A stretch of 64,000 nt of DNA from Polymyxa betae A26-41 (taxonomy: Eukaryota > Protista > Endomyxa: Phytomyxea): positions 1 through 64,000 of the forward strand of contig RBZT01000106.1 of the NCBI GenBank assembly GCA_003693705.1. Reading direction: 5' to 3'. This document shows, in pieces, positions 62,645 to 64,000 of the stretch (the first letter of the stretch is position 1; each line of letters starts with the position of its first letter). The position numbers and the translations under genes were made by a program. Under the pieces are notes generated by a model. That model had not been told where the DNA came from, ran no database searches, and was given only the letters and a program-made list of their open reading frames with translations.

Positions 62645-64000
62645 ATGCGTCGAAGGTTTGAGGGGGCGCTACACCCGGCCCCATTATCATCGTCTAATGA
62701 TGAGCTCGTTGCTCTACGTTTAGCGCACACAGATCTTCATGCCCGTCTGGAATCCGAACGTGCTGAGGCGTCACGAGCTGTGAGCGATGCGACCAGATCC
62801 GCCCGATCCGCCGAAGGAGAGCGTGATCAATCCCGTCTCAGATGTCAACAAATGTCCATAGAATTAGATCATAAAGATGATCAGCTACGTAGTGCATTAG
62901 ATGCTACAAAAGCTCTACGAGCTGAATTACAGAGATGGAGAGCAGCTCATGAAGCAGCACGACGTCATACAGATCAATTAGAGGCGGATCTCGCTCATGC
63001 CAATACGAATCTGATTCCATCATTGACCAACAACACCGAACAGCTCTCATCCAGCTTGAAATCGGCCGAAGCGCAAGCCCAGCACGCTCAGCGTATCGCC
63101 GACGAGATGCGCGCCGACCTGGCCCAGACCAAACAGGCGTTGGAGGTCGCCCTGGCACAGCACCGCGACCTGCAGGCCCGTGCTGATCGTGATCGTGCTG
63201 AACTCAATCGACGTCGTGCTGATGATCAGGTCAAGGAGGCGTTATCACGAGCAGAACGAGCACAGACCGATGCAGAGAATCGAACATTAAAGGAACAAGT
63301 TGCAGATATGAAATCACGATGTAATACGCTGAATGATGAAATCGAAGAACTTCGTCGAGTTCAGAATGATCGCATCGAGTTCGAGGAGCAGCAACGTCTC
63401 GATCGGGATCGTCACGAGGCTCTCACACGAGAGATGGCTCAGATCCGTCATGATCTGGGACAGGCACGACAACGTTATACAGATTTAGAACGTGATCACG
63501 AGCAGCTACAGAAGGCGTATGATCGTCTGGAACGAGATCGTGATGATGCTCAACGTCGTGCTGCGGATGGCGAGCAGAGGCTGAAGGCCGCCAAGGATGC
63601 GAAGGCGACCTTGAAAACGGATCGATCACAGCTGGAGACGCAGCTGCATCGACTCGAGGTAACATCAACCGAGTAACGTTGGTTAATGTTACCATGGGTA
63701 ACGTTACATAGGTGAATATGGGGTCAACATCTGGACGGATTCAGACATTAGAGGAGAGCCTGATAGCATCACAATCAGTGATGAAACAGTTAGAGAGAGA
63801 TAATGAGGCGTTGAGGGAGACAAAGACCGCCTTAGAAGGCGATCTGGATCGATGTCGAGCTCAGGCTGCAGAGCTCGGGCGATTACAGACACAGGCTGAG
63901 ACGGATCTGAAGGCATCCAGACAGAAACTGACCGATCTGCGCGATCTGATGAAGGATGTTCTAACGACATTGAAACCGATCAAGATCAAGAGACGCGCTG
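62645..64000 (+). CDS. Coiled-coil protein (runs to the window edge)
   Basis: 343-aa R/E/A/L/Q heptad ORF, followed by an intron and further D/E/R/Q-rich sequence. Confidence 0.75.

Overview
Gene-dense eukaryotic DNA with many short (mostly ~45-65 nt) GT-AG introns, one 155-N assembly gap (51758-51912) and motile-cilium genes (ZMYND10, TTLL1). The compact layout, intron size and scattered TTTAGGG/TTTTAGGG motifs suggest a flagellated protist, plausibly a plasmodiophorid (Spongospora/Polymyxa-like); this is inference only. Bases 1-3.9 kb are gene-poor and contain DNA-transposon debris. Bases 3.95-11.75 kb hold three tandem, divergent single-pass receptor-like genes: signal peptide, LamG/ConA-like domain, SUEL-type lectin, variable Ser/Thr stalk, SEA-like domain, TM helix and cytosolic tail, two of them with an RVxF motif. 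The rest is mainly housekeeping genes (ETFB, ZMYND10, ataxin-2, gp78-like E3, USP5/13, ZIP9, BRAP, borealin-like, DUS4, TTLL1). Among them are several unusual architectures: RPEL+RCC1, EF-hand+histidine acid phosphatase, MABP-Sec7-PH-FYVE ArfGEF, a stand-alone ADP1-like ectodomain, a kinase-less CDPK7-like EF-hand protein and a bacterial-type CAP protein. Two adjacent introns of the phosphatase gene carry telomere-like repeats in opposite orientation around a frame-preserving exon. Exon structures were read by eye, so gene ends are approximate.
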